Below, in pieces: positions 1-11,286 of a stretch of 64,000 bases of DNA (positions within the stretch are counted from its first letter, which is position 1; each line of letters begins with the position of its first letter). The position numbers and the translations under genes are program-made. Below the pieces are notes generated by a model. It saw nothing but the letters and a program-made list of their open reading frames with translations. It was not told where the DNA came from and did not search any database. Location of the stretch: the NCBI GenBank assembly GCA_000002445.1, contig CP000069.1:448001-512000 (forward strand), given 5' to 3'. This DNA comes from Trypanosoma brucei (taxonomy: Eukaryota).

Positions 1-1678
1 CATTCACGCGTGGAGTCAACCATTTGGCCGACCGCTTACCGACGACGTCACCCGAGATAACATCACCGTCACCTTCACCTTCACCAACTTCGTCTGTTTC
101 CTCTTTTTGGCGGTACAACTTGGCCTCCAACACCTTTAACGAGGCCAATGAAGCAATGGTTAATTGAGTCACTCCGCTGCCCTTAGACACATCCATCGCT
201 CCGGTCCCAGTCACTAACTTGTAGTTATCGACGCCCCGTGCGGCCGTTACCCTCTTGTAATCTAAATCTCTGTTGAGTGCCTTAGATACGTCCAATTCCT
301 TGCGTTGTGTGCGGAACCGCATGCGAGCAATAATATCCTCGTCAATTGCATCCACGTGGCATCCCTCACTTTCGGTTTGTGCCTTCAATTTTTGGCGCCC
401 CTCACCAGATGCGGCAGCACGTTTGCTACGTTCCTTTCCATCACTTTTACCGGCAGCCATGCTGGTAGCAGTTCCATCGCGTTTATTTTTATTATCCTTA
501 ACTTTACTATTGCTGCAACCCTTGCATAAACCGTGTGACACTCCACGGCTACTGCTCGCGATGCTCGGTCGTTTGGTTTCCTCTTTCTCCATCTTCGCCT
601 TTCCATTTTCTTTTCCTTCCCCCTCCCTTTCTCGTCCCTTCTTCTTCATTTCCTTTTCCTCCTTCGCTGCTTCCCTTTCATTTTCCACTTTTTGTACCGC
701 CCCCTTTTTGATCTCGGTAGGGCATAACTGGCTTGTTCCACCACTGTCACCAATCTCACTGAACTGACTGGTTTCCTTTTCCGCTCCCGGCACACGCTGC
801 TCGCTCAGGTTCATTAACGTCAGGTGCGGTAATTCCCCCCGTAGCTCCATTCCACGGCGAACCTCAGGCTTCGAGAGAAAGTTCTTTTGAAGAGACACGT
901 AATGCAGACTTTTAGGAAGCGGCGGTACCTCGGTGATTCTGTTGTATAGGACACGCAACTTCTGTAAATTGGGGAACAGTGAGGAAACACTGTTGAGCTC
1001 CGTAAGGAAGTTACAAGAGAGATCGAGACTGCGCAATCCGAGGAGTTGAGGCTGCGGCTCCTCAACCGAGTCACAGTCGCTACCGACGTTCTGCCTGGGC
1101 AATATCGTGGTAATTGCATTAAAGCTTACGTCAAGTACCTGTAACGCATGGGGAGACCCCAGGAGTGAGTGGGGTGCAAAAAGCGGATGAAGATTTGTGA
1201 TCCTGTTATGAGATGCTTGCAGTTCACGCAATGATACCATACATTCCACTCCCTCGAGGCCCACCAACTCATTGTAGCTCACATCCAAAAGCACGACACG
1301 TCTAAACGCAGTGAGGCGTAATGGTTTTCCCACAACACCAGCAGCTCCATTTGCTTTTACGCCCTCTTCCCCTCCTCTTGCAACTGGCGTGGGCCTTGTG
1401 AGGAGTGAAATTTTGTTGCGGGACAGTTGCAAAACCTGCACGCATTCCATCGGGTTGACCCGCCCCTTTGCCAGAGAAACAATACCACTGCCGTGACAAG
1501 AATGTTTGCCCGGACCATGCGGACATGGTAATGTTCGTAACCGCTTCTCCGAGAAGTCCAGAAATGTTAAGCACGTCTCCTTCGGCAACCAGACACAAGT
1601 GCCGTTAACTGAGCGCTCTCCGTGCTTTGTTCCATTTCGATCCCGCTGCACACCCGCATGAGTGATGGGACGCGCCAT
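1..1678 (-). CDS. Leucine-rich-repeat protein, partial. The N-terminus and LRR domain are in the window; the Lys/Glu-rich C-terminal part runs off the window start
   Basis: Minus-strand ATG at 1678..1676 opens a frame with no stop down to position 1. It is absent from the ORF track because no stop falls in the window. My manual translation gives LRR-like repeats (..VQVLQLSRNKISLL.., ..VVLLDVSYNELVGLEG.., ..LRELQASHNRITNL.., ..LQVLDVSFNAITTI.., ..LRSLDLSCNFLTELNSV..) followed by a K/E/R-rich low-complexity tail. The frame was followed by eye only. Confidence 0.5.
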   Translation of the reverse strand, partial: MARPITHAGVQRDRNGTKHGERSVNGTCVWLPKETCLTFLDFSEKRLRTLPCPHGPGKHSCHGSGIVSLAKGRVNPMECVQVLQLSRNKISLLTRPTPVARGGEEGVKANGAAGVVGKPLRLTAFRRVVLLDVSYNELVGLEGVECMVSLRELQASHNRITNLHPLFAPHSLLGSPHALQVLDVSFNAITTILPRQNVGSDCDSVEEPQPQLLGLRSLDLSCNFLTELNSVSSLFPNLQKLRVLYNRITEVPPLPKSLHYVSLQKNFLSKPEVRRGMELRGELPHLTLMNLSEQRVPGAEKETSQFSEIGDSGGTSQLCPTEIKKGAVQKVENEREAAKEEKEMKKKGREREGEGKENGKAKMEKEETKRPSIASSSRGVSHGLCKGCSNSKVKDNKNKRDGTATSMAAGKSDGKERSKRAAASGEGRQKLKAQTESEGCHVDAIDEDIIARMRFRTQRKELDVSKALNRDLDYKRVTAARGVDNYKLVTGTGAMDVSKGSGVTQLTIASLASLKVLEAKLYRQKEETDEVGEGEGDGDVISGDVVGKRSAKWLTPRVN

Positions 1679-2521
1679 TGCAATATCTGGTTTTACGAAT
1701 TTTTGGCCTTTTTTATTATTAGTGTCGCTATGTTTCATAATAACAACACGCTTTCCGCTTAGGGTTCGGGGCTGTGAATGAGGCCTCTTGAAAGTACTGA
1801 AGTCAACGTGTGAGAATGCGGGGATTCTCGATGACCGCACGGACGTACGAACACTGCAAATTGATGCCCGGGATGAAGGAGGAGCCCTGCTGCAAAAACT
1901 TAAGGCCATGAGGATATGAGATTTGGAGTCACTCGCTGCTTCAGACGCCGTCTGGGATTGCTTTGTGCTGACCCTCTTTGGCTCTTCAGGGGGCGGCTTG
2001 CGAGCACTCAGTTCTTCACTGTACAATGCTGTGGGCACATCAACGGACGCAATACGAGACATCTTTTATGTTCGGTGTGAAATAATTCCTATCAGTACAG
2101 TAACGCAGCCCACACGCACTCTCTCAATGTGACGTGCTCATGTAAACGAAAACCAAAGCAATTAGGAAAAAAAGAAAGGCAAGAAGATGGAAGAAGGAGC
2201 ACTATTACGCAGTCATTTTCAAAATAACAGAAGATCACGTTTCGAGGGGGGAAAGGTGATGAGCAGCTTCGTGAAGTTCGTGCACTCAAACTTGCAACTA
2301 GCAGCTCCTTTCCCGGAAGTAAACCAGGAAAGAGGTGAAAAAGATTAACAGCTACTGCAACCCGTCAATGCCAGCGCGGAACGGTACGCACAAAGAAATA
2401 ATACCACATTACAGATCCCAATGTTGTGGTTTAGACCCTATGCGACACCACAGTGAAGGTGTTTAACCGATCAAACCCTTCAAGATTAAACAACATACAG
2501 TGCACGTCGATGGCACCAGCG

Positions 2522-3826
2522 TCAATTCTCCAATCCCGCTGCGTTGTTGCCAAACCCTTCCGCCCTCAGCAGACCAAACATGGCATTCAGGGAAGCAGCG
2601 GTGATTGCCGCTTGGGCAGGGAGTGTAACCATGCAGCCACGAAAAGGCACCTCTTCCATTGTTTTGTAGTTGTATGCCCCCGTGCTGAGAAGTGAGAACA
2701 GTGAAAATGAGAGTTGTAACGCGGCCGCAGAAACCAATGAAGCAACGGCGACGGTAGGAGCCCGGTGCAGTACGGTAGGTTCCTGGAGTGACTTGGATAA
2801 AAGTTGTGTGCTTTGCTGTGCCGAAGGTCCGTCCCCATCATCCTGGGTATCCACGCCCGTGTCTTGCTCTGATATTCTCTCTTCATCTCCCACTTCTTGG
2901 GTCTTTGGCCCTTTATCGCTAGAAGTAGTGAGTAGATTCGTCCCTTCCTCCTCCTCTCGCTGGGGTTGGTTAAGTTGGTAACCCCACGGTTCCTGCTCAG
3001 AGACAACGGCTGGAGCAGTGCCGCTACTCGTAAGCCCCTCTCCACCAGCGGCAGCAGGACTTTCTCCTTCGATAACGGCATTTCCCGCCGGTTGTGGGTT
3101 GTCCACAACATCGGGGTTATAATTTGTCACCAGTACATCTGCAGCCCTATTTGGGTAGTCACCACTATAATCATCAGTGCCCAAAAGGGTGTCAGAAAGG
3201 GGATCGAACAACGTCCTCCTCTTATCCCGCCGCACCAAAAGGGCAACCACTCCTTGTCCCGTCATCACAGCCCATGCAATGTGACAAAGCAATAGGAGAA
3301 ATGCCTGCAAAACAGCGTGCTGTAAAAGCGGCATTTGAGGGCAGATGTTGAAGTCGTACAGCGTTGTACCATCGGTGTAAAATTCAAGACGCCGTGTAGC
3401 ATCCAACAGCGTACCAGCACCGCGTAGGGATGAAACCATCCCCATGCCACAACCTACTGCAGCTGAAGTTAGGGCAAACCGCGAGGAACTCTTAGCGATT
3501 AATTGGCCATAGCCGCGGGCAAATCGTTCCAATCGGTAAAGAAATACGAAAAGCATGACCCGAAATAGTATGCTGGTACAAACTTGGATCAGAACGACAA
3601 CATACGAGATTGCATTCGTGTGGTCTTCCGTTCGCACGTTCTGCACGATCGTGTAAAGTATTCCAGTAAGTAAAAGTGAAACGTAAGCAGAAACGGCGCC
3701 AAAGAGGGTAATAATGAGGAGCTGAGGATATGCCCTTAGGGAAACTGCTGTTAATAAACACAGTGGCGAATAAAGAAGTAAAAAGCAGCCAACAATGCCA
3801 ATAAAGTGCATGGTTTGCAGAGTCAA
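2522..3826 (-). CDS. Polytopic membrane protein, possibly Aph-1 (gamma-secretase subunit) family, with an acidic low-complexity C-terminal extension
   Basis: 434-aa ORF with about 7 hydrophobic segments. Segments such as VVVLIQVCTSILFRVMLFVFLYRLERFARG and LLLLCHIAWAVMTGQGVVALLVRRDKRR resemble the Aph-1 motifs (LLQEVFRFAYYKLLKK ; LLHTFWGVVFFDACERRR), including the conserved TM histidine. Alignment is from memory. Confidence 0.45.
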   Translation of the reverse strand: MTLQTMHFIGIVGCFLLLYSPLCLLTAVSLRAYPQLLIITLFGAVSAYVSLLLTGILYTIVQNVRTEDHTNAISYVVVLIQVCTSILFRVMLFVFLYRLERFARGYGQLIAKSSSRFALTSAAVGCGMGMVSSLRGAGTLLDATRRLEFYTDGTTLYDFNICPQMPLLQHAVLQAFLLLLCHIAWAVMTGQGVVALLVRRDKRRTLFDPLSDTLLGTDDYSGDYPNRAADVLVTNYNPDVVDNPQPAGNAVIEGESPAAAGGEGLTSSGTAPAVVSEQEPWGYQLNQPQREEEEGTNLLTTSSDKGPKTQEVGDEERISEQDTGVDTQDDGDGPSAQQSTQLLSKSLQEPTVLHRAPTVAVASLVSAAALQLSFSLFSLLSTGAYNYKTMEEVPFRGCMVTLPAQAAITAASLNAMFGLLRAEGFGNNAAGLEN

Positions 3827-4527
3827 CTAAAGAAGCAACGCCTTTGGCTACTTTCCCTCGTGCCGCTCCCCTGCAGAACGTTTGCAGCAGCGGTCCACTG
3901 CCCACAGCCTCTTTGATTGCCTTTTCTACTCTTTTGCCCTTGGGAAATTAAAAAAAAACTTGAGGATGAACAAAAGTGAGATAACCGACAGAAATGTTAA
4001 CTAGAGAGAAAACACGGTCATTGGATTGTCAGCAGCGGCACGTATCGGCAAACTACGGGAACTTGCGGTACCTCGTTTAGGAATCTTCGAAAGCAACATT
4101 GCGCCCCGCAAAGAACGCAGAACCCACAAGTGGCGTTGCACGCCGCACAACGGCAAAAAGGAATACTGACTGGGAGGAGGGAGGATAATTTGGTACATAC
4201 GGTGTTCTCGCGTACTGTTATTAGAGACCTGTAAGCCTTTGCCCACTCAATTTTTCCCCCTCCCCTTCTCTCACTTCCATCCAATTCTAAAATAATATGT
4301 ATCTATAAGCAAACGTAGAATCATATACACATTCACACTTTTTGATTATGGGAAATTCTTTGCATCTATTTCAGCTCTATTCAACATGACGATTCTTCGA
4401 AGGGCTCTTTTAAATAAAACAACCGGTGTTTAAGGATGAGGGGGAATAACTGAAACAAAGAAAACAAACGAAAAATAGATAATGAGTAGCAGAACTCGGT
4501 CCACTGAATGATGGTAGAAGCGTTGCC

Positions 4528-7500
4528 TCATGCACCCTCCTCCTCCGACGACGAATCATCGAAACTAGTAAACTGCTTTACTGCAGGTGGCTTCTGTTTT
4601 TGAGCTTCTTTAGATTTTGTGGAGGAGTCACTGCTGGCAGTCGATACACCATGCCGCGGTACAGTGAAACTGATATCCTCACCAGGATCTTCAATCGGTT
4701 GAAATGTTCCTCTCCTTCCGATGTGGCTTCCAACTATGCTCCCCAGTCCCTCATCGGTGCCAGTTTCAGGGGGCACATTAGATGCCCTCCCTGTAGTGAC
4801 AACACTCAAATCGCTCTTTAGGCCATCACCTTCTGCTTTTTTACCCTCGGCCGTTTTCACCTCCTTCGTTTCCTCTTCCTTCTCATCAACCTTTGGAGCT
4901 TCCGTCCGTGTCGGCTCTGACATCGGTGCAGTGGGATGATCCTCTGAATCGTCGTCCCAGTCGTCGTACTGGCTGACCGTTACCTTTGTCTTCGGCGCTT
5001 CAGAGTCTCCTTTTTCCTCTTCCTCCCTCGTTGAATCCGCCTTGGAAACTGTGAGAATCGGCCCCATCACGGCTGTGTCCTTCGATGACGATGGTGGCGT
5101 TAGAGTTTTTTCCACAGAGGGTTTCATTCGCGTAATGGAATCGCTACTGCTATTGCTTTCACTAGGTTTGAGTGAGACAGGCAACGCAGTGGCGTCAACG
5201 TTCGCCCTGACCAGCTCATCGCCCCTTCGCTCTTGGGTTCGGTGTTGCTTCTGCTGCGGCTGGCGTGCCTCAGCCGAGGAGGCACTCGAAGACGACTCCC
5301 GTGGTGCAAACATAATGGGACCCCGTTTTTCAATAGGAACGGACATCTCCAATGTGTTAACTGTTGAATCTGAAGACGAACCCTCAACCTTCCTTGCTAC
5401 TGCTGATTGGGTTGGGCGGTCAATAATTGACTTGGTATTCGATGCAGACGGTGGTTTCTTGTCGTCAATACTGCCCTGAACTGTAGAACCAGTTTGAGCC
5501 AAGTTTCCCTCTTTGGCTGTTGATTCAACTTTTGTTGGTAGAGCCGGACTCAAGAGCCTTTTTCCTTGGGAGATCAGGCTGCTATCTGAGGACTGAGATA
5601 GTCGTGGGGGCTTTTGAGGCTCGGGTGAATCTGCAAGCTGCGATGGATCAGACTCCACCCTCCGCATTGAAGTGCCCGCCAACACGTTCGGAGCTAAACC
5701 AGCGACCAGCGACTCTCCTGCGGTGCTCCTCTTTATTACCGGTGTTGACGCTACGTTTCCTTGTCCTTCACTGGAAGAGGTCATACGGTGCGAGTCAAAA
5801 AGCGCTTTTTCAACACGCGGAACTTGAGAAGGCCACCCATCTCCCTTCTCAGTTGCTCTCACCTCCTTCGTGCACACCGACTGCGAAAGTGTTGTGGTAA
5901 AATGTTGTGTCTCCTTGAGCTCATCGTGCACCTCCCTTAGGGTCTCCCTCATTTCCCCTAGTAAATTTTGCTGGCGTCGGTGTTCGTCTTCCAGGCGTTT
6001 GATCCTCAAGCTACAGTCCTCCTGAGACCCTGCCCACTGTTTGTGCTGCGTAACATCAGCCCCAATGGTGTGAAGTTCTGTTTCGAGTGTTCTCACAGCC
6101 CTGCGAATTGCATTCAGATCCTGTTGCAGCACACAGTCCTTGAAACGCCGCTCAGATGCCTCGTCAATTTCCGTCAGGGTACCATTTAGGGCATCAATCT
6201 TCGCTCTACACGCCTGAAGGTCGCGGGCGAACTGTTGCTGTTGCTGTTGGACCGTCTCTCCAACTTGGGTTACCAGCGAGCTTGTGGACTGCCCTTTGTC
6301 TTCCAGCCGATCTAACCGGGAGCTTGCCTCATTTGCACGCGCTTCCAATTTATCTGTACGCTCCGCCATATTCGTCTCCACGCGCCGCATATGTTGGTTA
6401 AACTTTACTTCCAGCCGGCCTGCCATTTGTTCTGCTGCTATCTCGGCTTCATTTGTTGCAATTGCCGTCGCTTCCAGCTCACGGCGCGATTCCCTCTGTT
6501 CTTGCCACAAACGTTGATGTTGCTGAAGCTGCGCGGACAGCGTTTGGGTGTCCTTTGCATTGTCGTCAGCGGTGCTGCGCAGATTGGTGAGATCCGCGAC
6601 CAGCCGGGTTGACTGCACTTCAAGCTGTGCCACACGACGCTCCATGCGCTCCACTTCGCCTCGAGATGTCGAACTGCTCGTTTCGCACCTCAGTGCTGCG
6701 TCGTTCGCGGCTTCCACCCTCGTGGACAACGCTTGCGAGCTGACGTTCATGTCACGGCGAAGTTGCTCAAGCCGCTCATTAAGGGAGCGCACAGTACCCT
6801 CAATGTTCAGTGCGTGTTGCTGGTTTTGCATTATGGCATTCTCCCCGCGACTGGCCTCAGCAGCCAATGTCTCACGGGCTTCCTCCAACACAACGATCCG
6901 GTGTTGCAGCTGCGGTATGCGATTATCTGTGATGCTTTCCAGTGACGTTCGTAGGTGCTGCTGCTGTTTCTCATAAACACTTACTCTATCCATCAGGGCA
7001 TCGAGTTGCCGCTTTTCGTTTTGTTGTTCCTGGACGTCGCGTTCGTAAACGTGCCGTAAGGCGTCAACGCCACTCTCTGCTCTCTGCGCGGTGCGGCGTA
7101 CACCCTCCAAGTCCGCCCTCAGTTTTTCGGCCGTCGAAACGGCAGCCAGATGAGATTCCAGTTGAGCCACCCGCGCATCACGATCCTCGATGGCGTCCTC
7201 TGCACGTTGCGCAGTTGCCATCGCGCGCTGCGAAACAACTACCGCCCTCTCCGCCACATCGCGCACCACTGCAATGGTCGCATCAGCGCGGCTTGCGGCC
7301 TCTTGTGCGCCGTCAGCCTTGCGCTCTGCCCTGTCTATACGAGACAACATTACCGCCGCACTCGCCTCAGCAGCTGAAACACGTTCCTGAAGTGTTGTCG
7401 TTTGAAGCCGTAGCTCTGCTCGGCACGTTGTTGTGCAGTCATGCACTTTGGCGCTCAAATCAGTCATGCCCTCAGTATGCTGTGCCATCTGTTTAACTAA

Positions 7501-8349
7501 TGTGTCTATCGGCGCCTGTAGCTCTCGACGCGTTGTGGCAAGGTGAGACTTCCATGTTTTGTCAACAAGTTCCTGCACGTGCGTGCCAAACGCTTCCACA
7601 TCAGACTTTAACTGCTGCTTCAGCTGCTGTCGTTCCCGTTGCTCCTCCGCTCGCATATCGATGTACCGCATAAGTTCCGCATCAAGCCGCTGGGCAATGG
7701 CGCTATTCTCACGTTCTTGGTGTTGTACACACTCCACACGAAGCAAGGCGCACTCAGACACCGCTGACTCCAGTCGTTCGCGCATCGCATCTACCTGCTC
7801 TCGCAGTTGTTCCTGCATGTCAAATTGGGTGCGGTCTCGCACTTTACTGTCACGAAGCAAATCCTCCACACGATGCTGTAGCAAAGATCGTGCTGTTTCC
7901 TCATCTTTCCGCTGCTGTTGAATGGCGACAGAGAGCTCATCTATCGCCCGACGTGATTGATGTTCAGATGTGCGCACCTCAACTAGCACCTCCTCCTTCC
8001 AGCGGCGACCCAGAGCTGTCAGTGTAGAAGAGCGGGAATCGCGCTCAGCGGCTAATTCACTGCGCAGACCGGCTACCTCACTCATCACAACACGCAGTTG
8101 CCGCTGGAGTTCCGCGATATACGCTGCTGAATCACCGCACTTTTCCCCATCATTGTCTGTGCGCCATGCCGCTTCAAAAGGAAAGTTCGAATTCCCCCTC
8201 ATGTCTCCCGTCGCACTGCTGCTAGTCCTGAATTTCAGGTCCCGATCCGCCCATTCGCATGAACCTGCCGTCGACCTTCGATAATAAAGGGCATCTTCTG
8301 TTGCCCGTAGTAGTTTAGCCGCTTCGCGCCCGAAATCAGTCATATGCAC
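4528..8349 (-). CDS. Large coiled-coil protein (1273 aa). The N-terminal two thirds has heptad-like E/R/Q/L-rich sequence; the C-terminal third is S/T/P/E-rich and disordered
   Basis: Longest ORF in the window and co-oriented with its neighbours. Composition is typical of coiled-coil/cytoskeletal proteins. No specific family recognised. Confidence 0.8.
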   Translation of the reverse strand: MHMTDFGREAAKLLRATEDALYYRRSTAGSCEWADRDLKFRTSSSATGDMRGNSNFPFEAAWRTDNDGEKCGDSAAYIAELQRQLRVVMSEVAGLRSELAAERDSRSSTLTALGRRWKEEVLVEVRTSEHQSRRAIDELSVAIQQQRKDEETARSLLQHRVEDLLRDSKVRDRTQFDMQEQLREQVDAMRERLESAVSECALLRVECVQHQERENSAIAQRLDAELMRYIDMRAEEQRERQQLKQQLKSDVEAFGTHVQELVDKTWKSHLATTRRELQAPIDTLVKQMAQHTEGMTDLSAKVHDCTTTCRAELRLQTTTLQERVSAAEASAAVMLSRIDRAERKADGAQEAASRADATIAVVRDVAERAVVVSQRAMATAQRAEDAIEDRDARVAQLESHLAAVSTAEKLRADLEGVRRTAQRAESGVDALRHVYERDVQEQQNEKRQLDALMDRVSVYEKQQQHLRTSLESITDNRIPQLQHRIVVLEEARETLAAEASRGENAIMQNQQHALNIEGTVRSLNERLEQLRRDMNVSSQALSTRVEAANDAALRCETSSSTSRGEVERMERRVAQLEVQSTRLVADLTNLRSTADDNAKDTQTLSAQLQQHQRLWQEQRESRRELEATAIATNEAEIAAEQMAGRLEVKFNQHMRRVETNMAERTDKLEARANEASSRLDRLEDKGQSTSSLVTQVGETVQQQQQQFARDLQACRAKIDALNGTLTEIDEASERRFKDCVLQQDLNAIRRAVRTLETELHTIGADVTQHKQWAGSQEDCSLRIKRLEDEHRRQQNLLGEMRETLREVHDELKETQHFTTTLSQSVCTKEVRATEKGDGWPSQVPRVEKALFDSHRMTSSSEGQGNVASTPVIKRSTAGESLVAGLAPNVLAGTSMRRVESDPSQLADSPEPQKPPRLSQSSDSSLISQGKRLLSPALPTKVESTAKEGNLAQTGSTVQGSIDDKKPPSASNTKSIIDRPTQSAVARKVEGSSSDSTVNTLEMSVPIEKRGPIMFAPRESSSSASSAEARQPQQKQHRTQERRGDELVRANVDATALPVSLKPSESNSSSDSITRMKPSVEKTLTPPSSSKDTAVMGPILTVSKADSTREEEEKGDSEAPKTKVTVSQYDDWDDDSEDHPTAPMSEPTRTEAPKVDEKEEETKEVKTAEGKKAEGDGLKSDLSVVTTGRASNVPPETGTDEGLGSIVGSHIGRRGTFQPIEDPGEDISFTVPRHGVSTASSDSSTKSKEAQKQKPPAVKQFTSFDDSSSEEEGA

Positions 8350-8508
8350 GGGGCTACAGCTCTCCCTCTTTTTCTTTCCTCAATTTATCCGGCACAACGT
8401 AGTATTATGTATGATCCCCTTTTTCTTTTTTTTTTTGCAGTCCCGGTCAAGGCTTTGCAAGCAAATTATGTGACCCTTCCTTCACGAAACAAAATCAGAT
8501 CCAACGAG

Positions 8509-8545
8509 CCTCTCTCTCTCTCTTTTTAATAATAATAATAATAAC
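8509..8545. repeat. (CT)n followed by (AAT)n compound microsatellite
   Basis: Direct reading: tctctctctctctc tttttaataataataataataa. Confidence 0.9.
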
Positions 8546-9143
8546 TTCCGCCCCGCGACGCTATTTCCCCCTTCCTTCAGCCGCTGTTTACTCTAATGTC
8601 TTGCCCTTCAGCCTGGTGGAATGAGACAGTGAATCAATAACAGGATAGAAAGAGGTGTGAATGGGATCAGTCAGAGGAAAAACCGACTGCCTCTCCTTCT
8701 CACTGTACTAAATCTCAAAGTCACTTATTTTCCACCACACTTTGGCCTCTGCCTCGTTTTATTATTTTTTTTTTTGGCGAGGGAGAGGTGATTCAGGATT
8801 TCTAAATTTCCAATATTTGCAAGACAAAAAAAAACAGATATACCCGAGGGTAGACAAAAAGACGAAGAAAAGAAGAATGGAAAGGGGAATATTGCAGCAA
8901 TAACAAGATATAGATTTCAAACAAGTGAAAAAACAAAGCGACTGCCGACGAAAGAAAGAAGAGAAAAGGAAGTGCAAAAGTTTTATTATTAAAACTTTGA
9001 GAACGGGCAGAAAGTGCACATGAGAGGAACCCCAAAAAAGAAAAGGAAATATGGGACTTTTATTTTGCCCACTACCCGTTCCACATACGAGGTGAATGCT
9101 ACACAATGTGAGAAACAAAATTAGTGGGGTTGGAGGGGGGAAA

Positions 9144-9164
9144 ACAACAACAACAACAACAAAG
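9144..9164. repeat. (CAA)n microsatellite
   Basis: Direct reading of acaacaacaacaacaacaa. Confidence 0.9.
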
Positions 9165-9696
9165 AACAGTAACAACACTACATTACACGACTAATGCTGA
9201 GTGACGCCCGCCCCTTTAGTGGCGGTGTGATAATGACACAGATAATACCAAAAAAAAACATTCATAGTGAAAAGAAGCACCTCATTGTTTCCTCTCCATA
9301 CATGACACCACATGCACCCACGGGGCACCGCAGTGCATACTCAATTCCAACTCCTCACCTTCATAGAACGTATTGCACCGTCGCATATGAAAGGGAAGCT
9401 GAAAAAGAAAGAAAGAAAGGAAGCGAAAAGCATCTACTGGTTTACTGTTGGTTTCAACAGCAATAGAAACGAACTTTCGAGCACTCCTCGGGGTCCTACA
9501 GCATCACTAAACCTTCACCACCACCCCCCTCTTCCCCGTTCCACCTTATCACTAGTGAGCCAAAACAACCAAAACAAGGGAATAATGAAATGAACTTGCG
9601 CACAGAAAAAGCACAACACCGGTTATTTGGTTGTTTTGCTTCACATACTTTCGGCCTACCGGCAGAAAAAAAAACACGATTTCCCCTCACGATGTA

Positions 9697-9716
9697 TGTA
9701 TATATATATATATTTA
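9697..9716. repeat. (TA)n microsatellite adjacent to a GC-rich palindromic-looking stretch (cacccgcgcgtgtgggtgtg)
   Basis: Direct reading. Confidence 0.9.
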
Positions 9717-10392
9717 TATTTACTTATGCACACCCGCGCGTGTGGGTGTGTACAGCACAATACGACCGTATACCCCATCAGAACTTGAGCATTCACCAAA
9801 AGAGAGGGCATGTGCAAAAATTCAGACAGAATGACAGTTAGAATTGATTTAAAATATTTGAAATAAAAAGGTGAAAGAGTGAGCGGAGGAGCATAAAGAG
9901 AAATGTAGCCTAAGCAACGATTTAGGCAACTTTTTGCATGAAGATACATTGGGGCAGCTCTGAACATCAAAGACAACACATGACGCTCTAGACTCACAAC
10001 ACAATCTCAATACCTTCATTCTATGAGCCATTTGTTTTCTTCCAGCTTTCTATTTGTCCTCTCTGTTCCCACTGTTTTGTACAACTCTCCGTGCCTCTCC
10101 TTCCCTTGCGGTGACAAATAGGGATAAGAAAAAGAAAAACACGGATACGTCGCGAAATATTGCCTGCTCTGACAGAGGCATGTCCCAACACCATTCCTTC
10201 ATCATGCTGTAAACCTCTCCGTCTCCACTTGCCTCTAGTTTTTTTCTTCTTGCCTTTTCATTTAGAAACACATGTGATAATTAGATGTTCCTCTCTTCCC
10301 ACCCACCCTCCTTTTACTTTGAACTATATCCTTTTTCGTTTTCGGTGTTGAAGGAGAGACAGCAGCGTCGTTACAACACGCACCGTCCTCCT

Positions 10393-11286
10393 CTACAATG
10401 TATATGCCTCAAATGTCTCCATCACATGTTCACTGCAAGAAGGTACGGGACATTTGTTGCAAATGTACTGCGCACAGTCCTTGCACAACACCTGGTGTTT
10501 GCACGGATAACAGATTACAGTGCAGAGGCGCCGACGACATACCATACACTTTGACCGCTCATTGATAGTCATGCGCACGCGGCTAATCATTTCTAACATC
10601 TCACGCTCAATTTCCTGCAACTGTTCCAACGACCGGTGCTGCAGTTCCGCGATTACTGGCATTTGTACGTGGGTGCTAAAGACCTCAATTGTAATTTCCT
10701 CTCTTAGCGCTTTCAGTACCCGCTCCCTTCGCTCCGTAAGTGCTGAATCTTCACCGTAACGTTTCCTTCGCATCTCAGGCACCAATGCTCTTTGTTTATG
10801 CTCCTCCAGCATGTCTAAGCGGAACTGAATTTGTGAGGGGTTCAGGAAGGGCACACCAGCCTCACATGTCATTTCCACCCATTGCTGATACTCCGCTGGA
10901 CGGAATGGGGAATTCGAAATGGAGTTGAGTTGCACAACATTCCCGTTTTGCGTAGCTCGGAAACATGGGGGAAGCTCAATCACAATATGCCATTCAGTAC
11001 AGGCCATGTCGGCGGAAAACCCCGAGTACTTTGGACCCCTCCGCGCCCCTCTAACACAAGCGATGTAGTAGTGATCACTATTATCACGCCGCATGTCTTC
11101 ACTGCGCATTTCTAATAACACCCGCACGTAGCAACCGCGGACTACCTCCTCGAAGTTCTTCCACTCAATAAAGTTCACAAGTGTTGTGCGAAACAACTGA
11201 AGTTTCTTGAGCATGTCGTACGGTGGCGCCGGTATATGCTCATCTAACAAATAGTCGGTCTGAGGTGTAGCGGCCATATGTGGCAA
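10393..11286 (-). CDS. RING-finger (C3HC4-type) protein, putative E3 ubiquitin ligase
   Basis: The C-terminus CMVCRRRLCTVICYPCKHQVLCKDCAQYICNKCPVPSC has RING-type Cys/His spacing. 297-aa ORF in the minus gene run. Confidence 0.7.
   Translation of the reverse strand: MPHMAATPQTDYLLDEHIPAPPYDMLKKLQLFRTTLVNFIEWKNFEEVVRGCYVRVLLEMRSEDMRRDNSDHYYIACVRGARRGPKYSGFSADMACTEWHIVIELPPCFRATQNGNVVQLNSISNSPFRPAEYQQWVEMTCEAGVPFLNPSQIQFRLDMLEEHKQRALVPEMRRKRYGEDSALTERRERVLKALREEITIEVFSTHVQMPVIAELQHRSLEQLQEIEREMLEMISRVRMTINERSKCMVCRRRLCTVICYPCKHQVLCKDCAQYICNKCPVPSCSEHVMETFEAYTL

Noticed and set aside
273-767. Plus-strand ORFs 273..767 (164 aa) and 305..529 overlapping the LRR gene tail
   Set aside because: They are low-complexity (S/L/F/P-rich) translations antisense to a K/E-rich coding region and run opposite to the gene-run direction, so they are almost certainly spurious.
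1302-1598. Track ORF 1302..1598 (minus, 98 aa) inside the LRR gene region
   Set aside because: It is in a different frame from the uninterrupted LRR-encoding frame that starts at 1678. The LRR frame shows clear LxxLxLxxN repeats and is preferred.
4600-8284. Numerous plus-strand ORFs (60-184 aa) nested inside the 1273-aa coiled-coil gene
   Set aside because: They run antisense to a long, compositionally biased coding region. GC-rich antisense frames often stay open. None has recognisable motifs.
8762-9997. ORFs 8762..9178 and 9656..9997 on the minus strand in the 2-kb intergenic region
   Set aside because: They are translations of poly-T/poly-A and (TA)n/(CAA)n low-complexity DNA (FFVVVVVVFPPP..., YIYIYIY...) and are not credible proteins.
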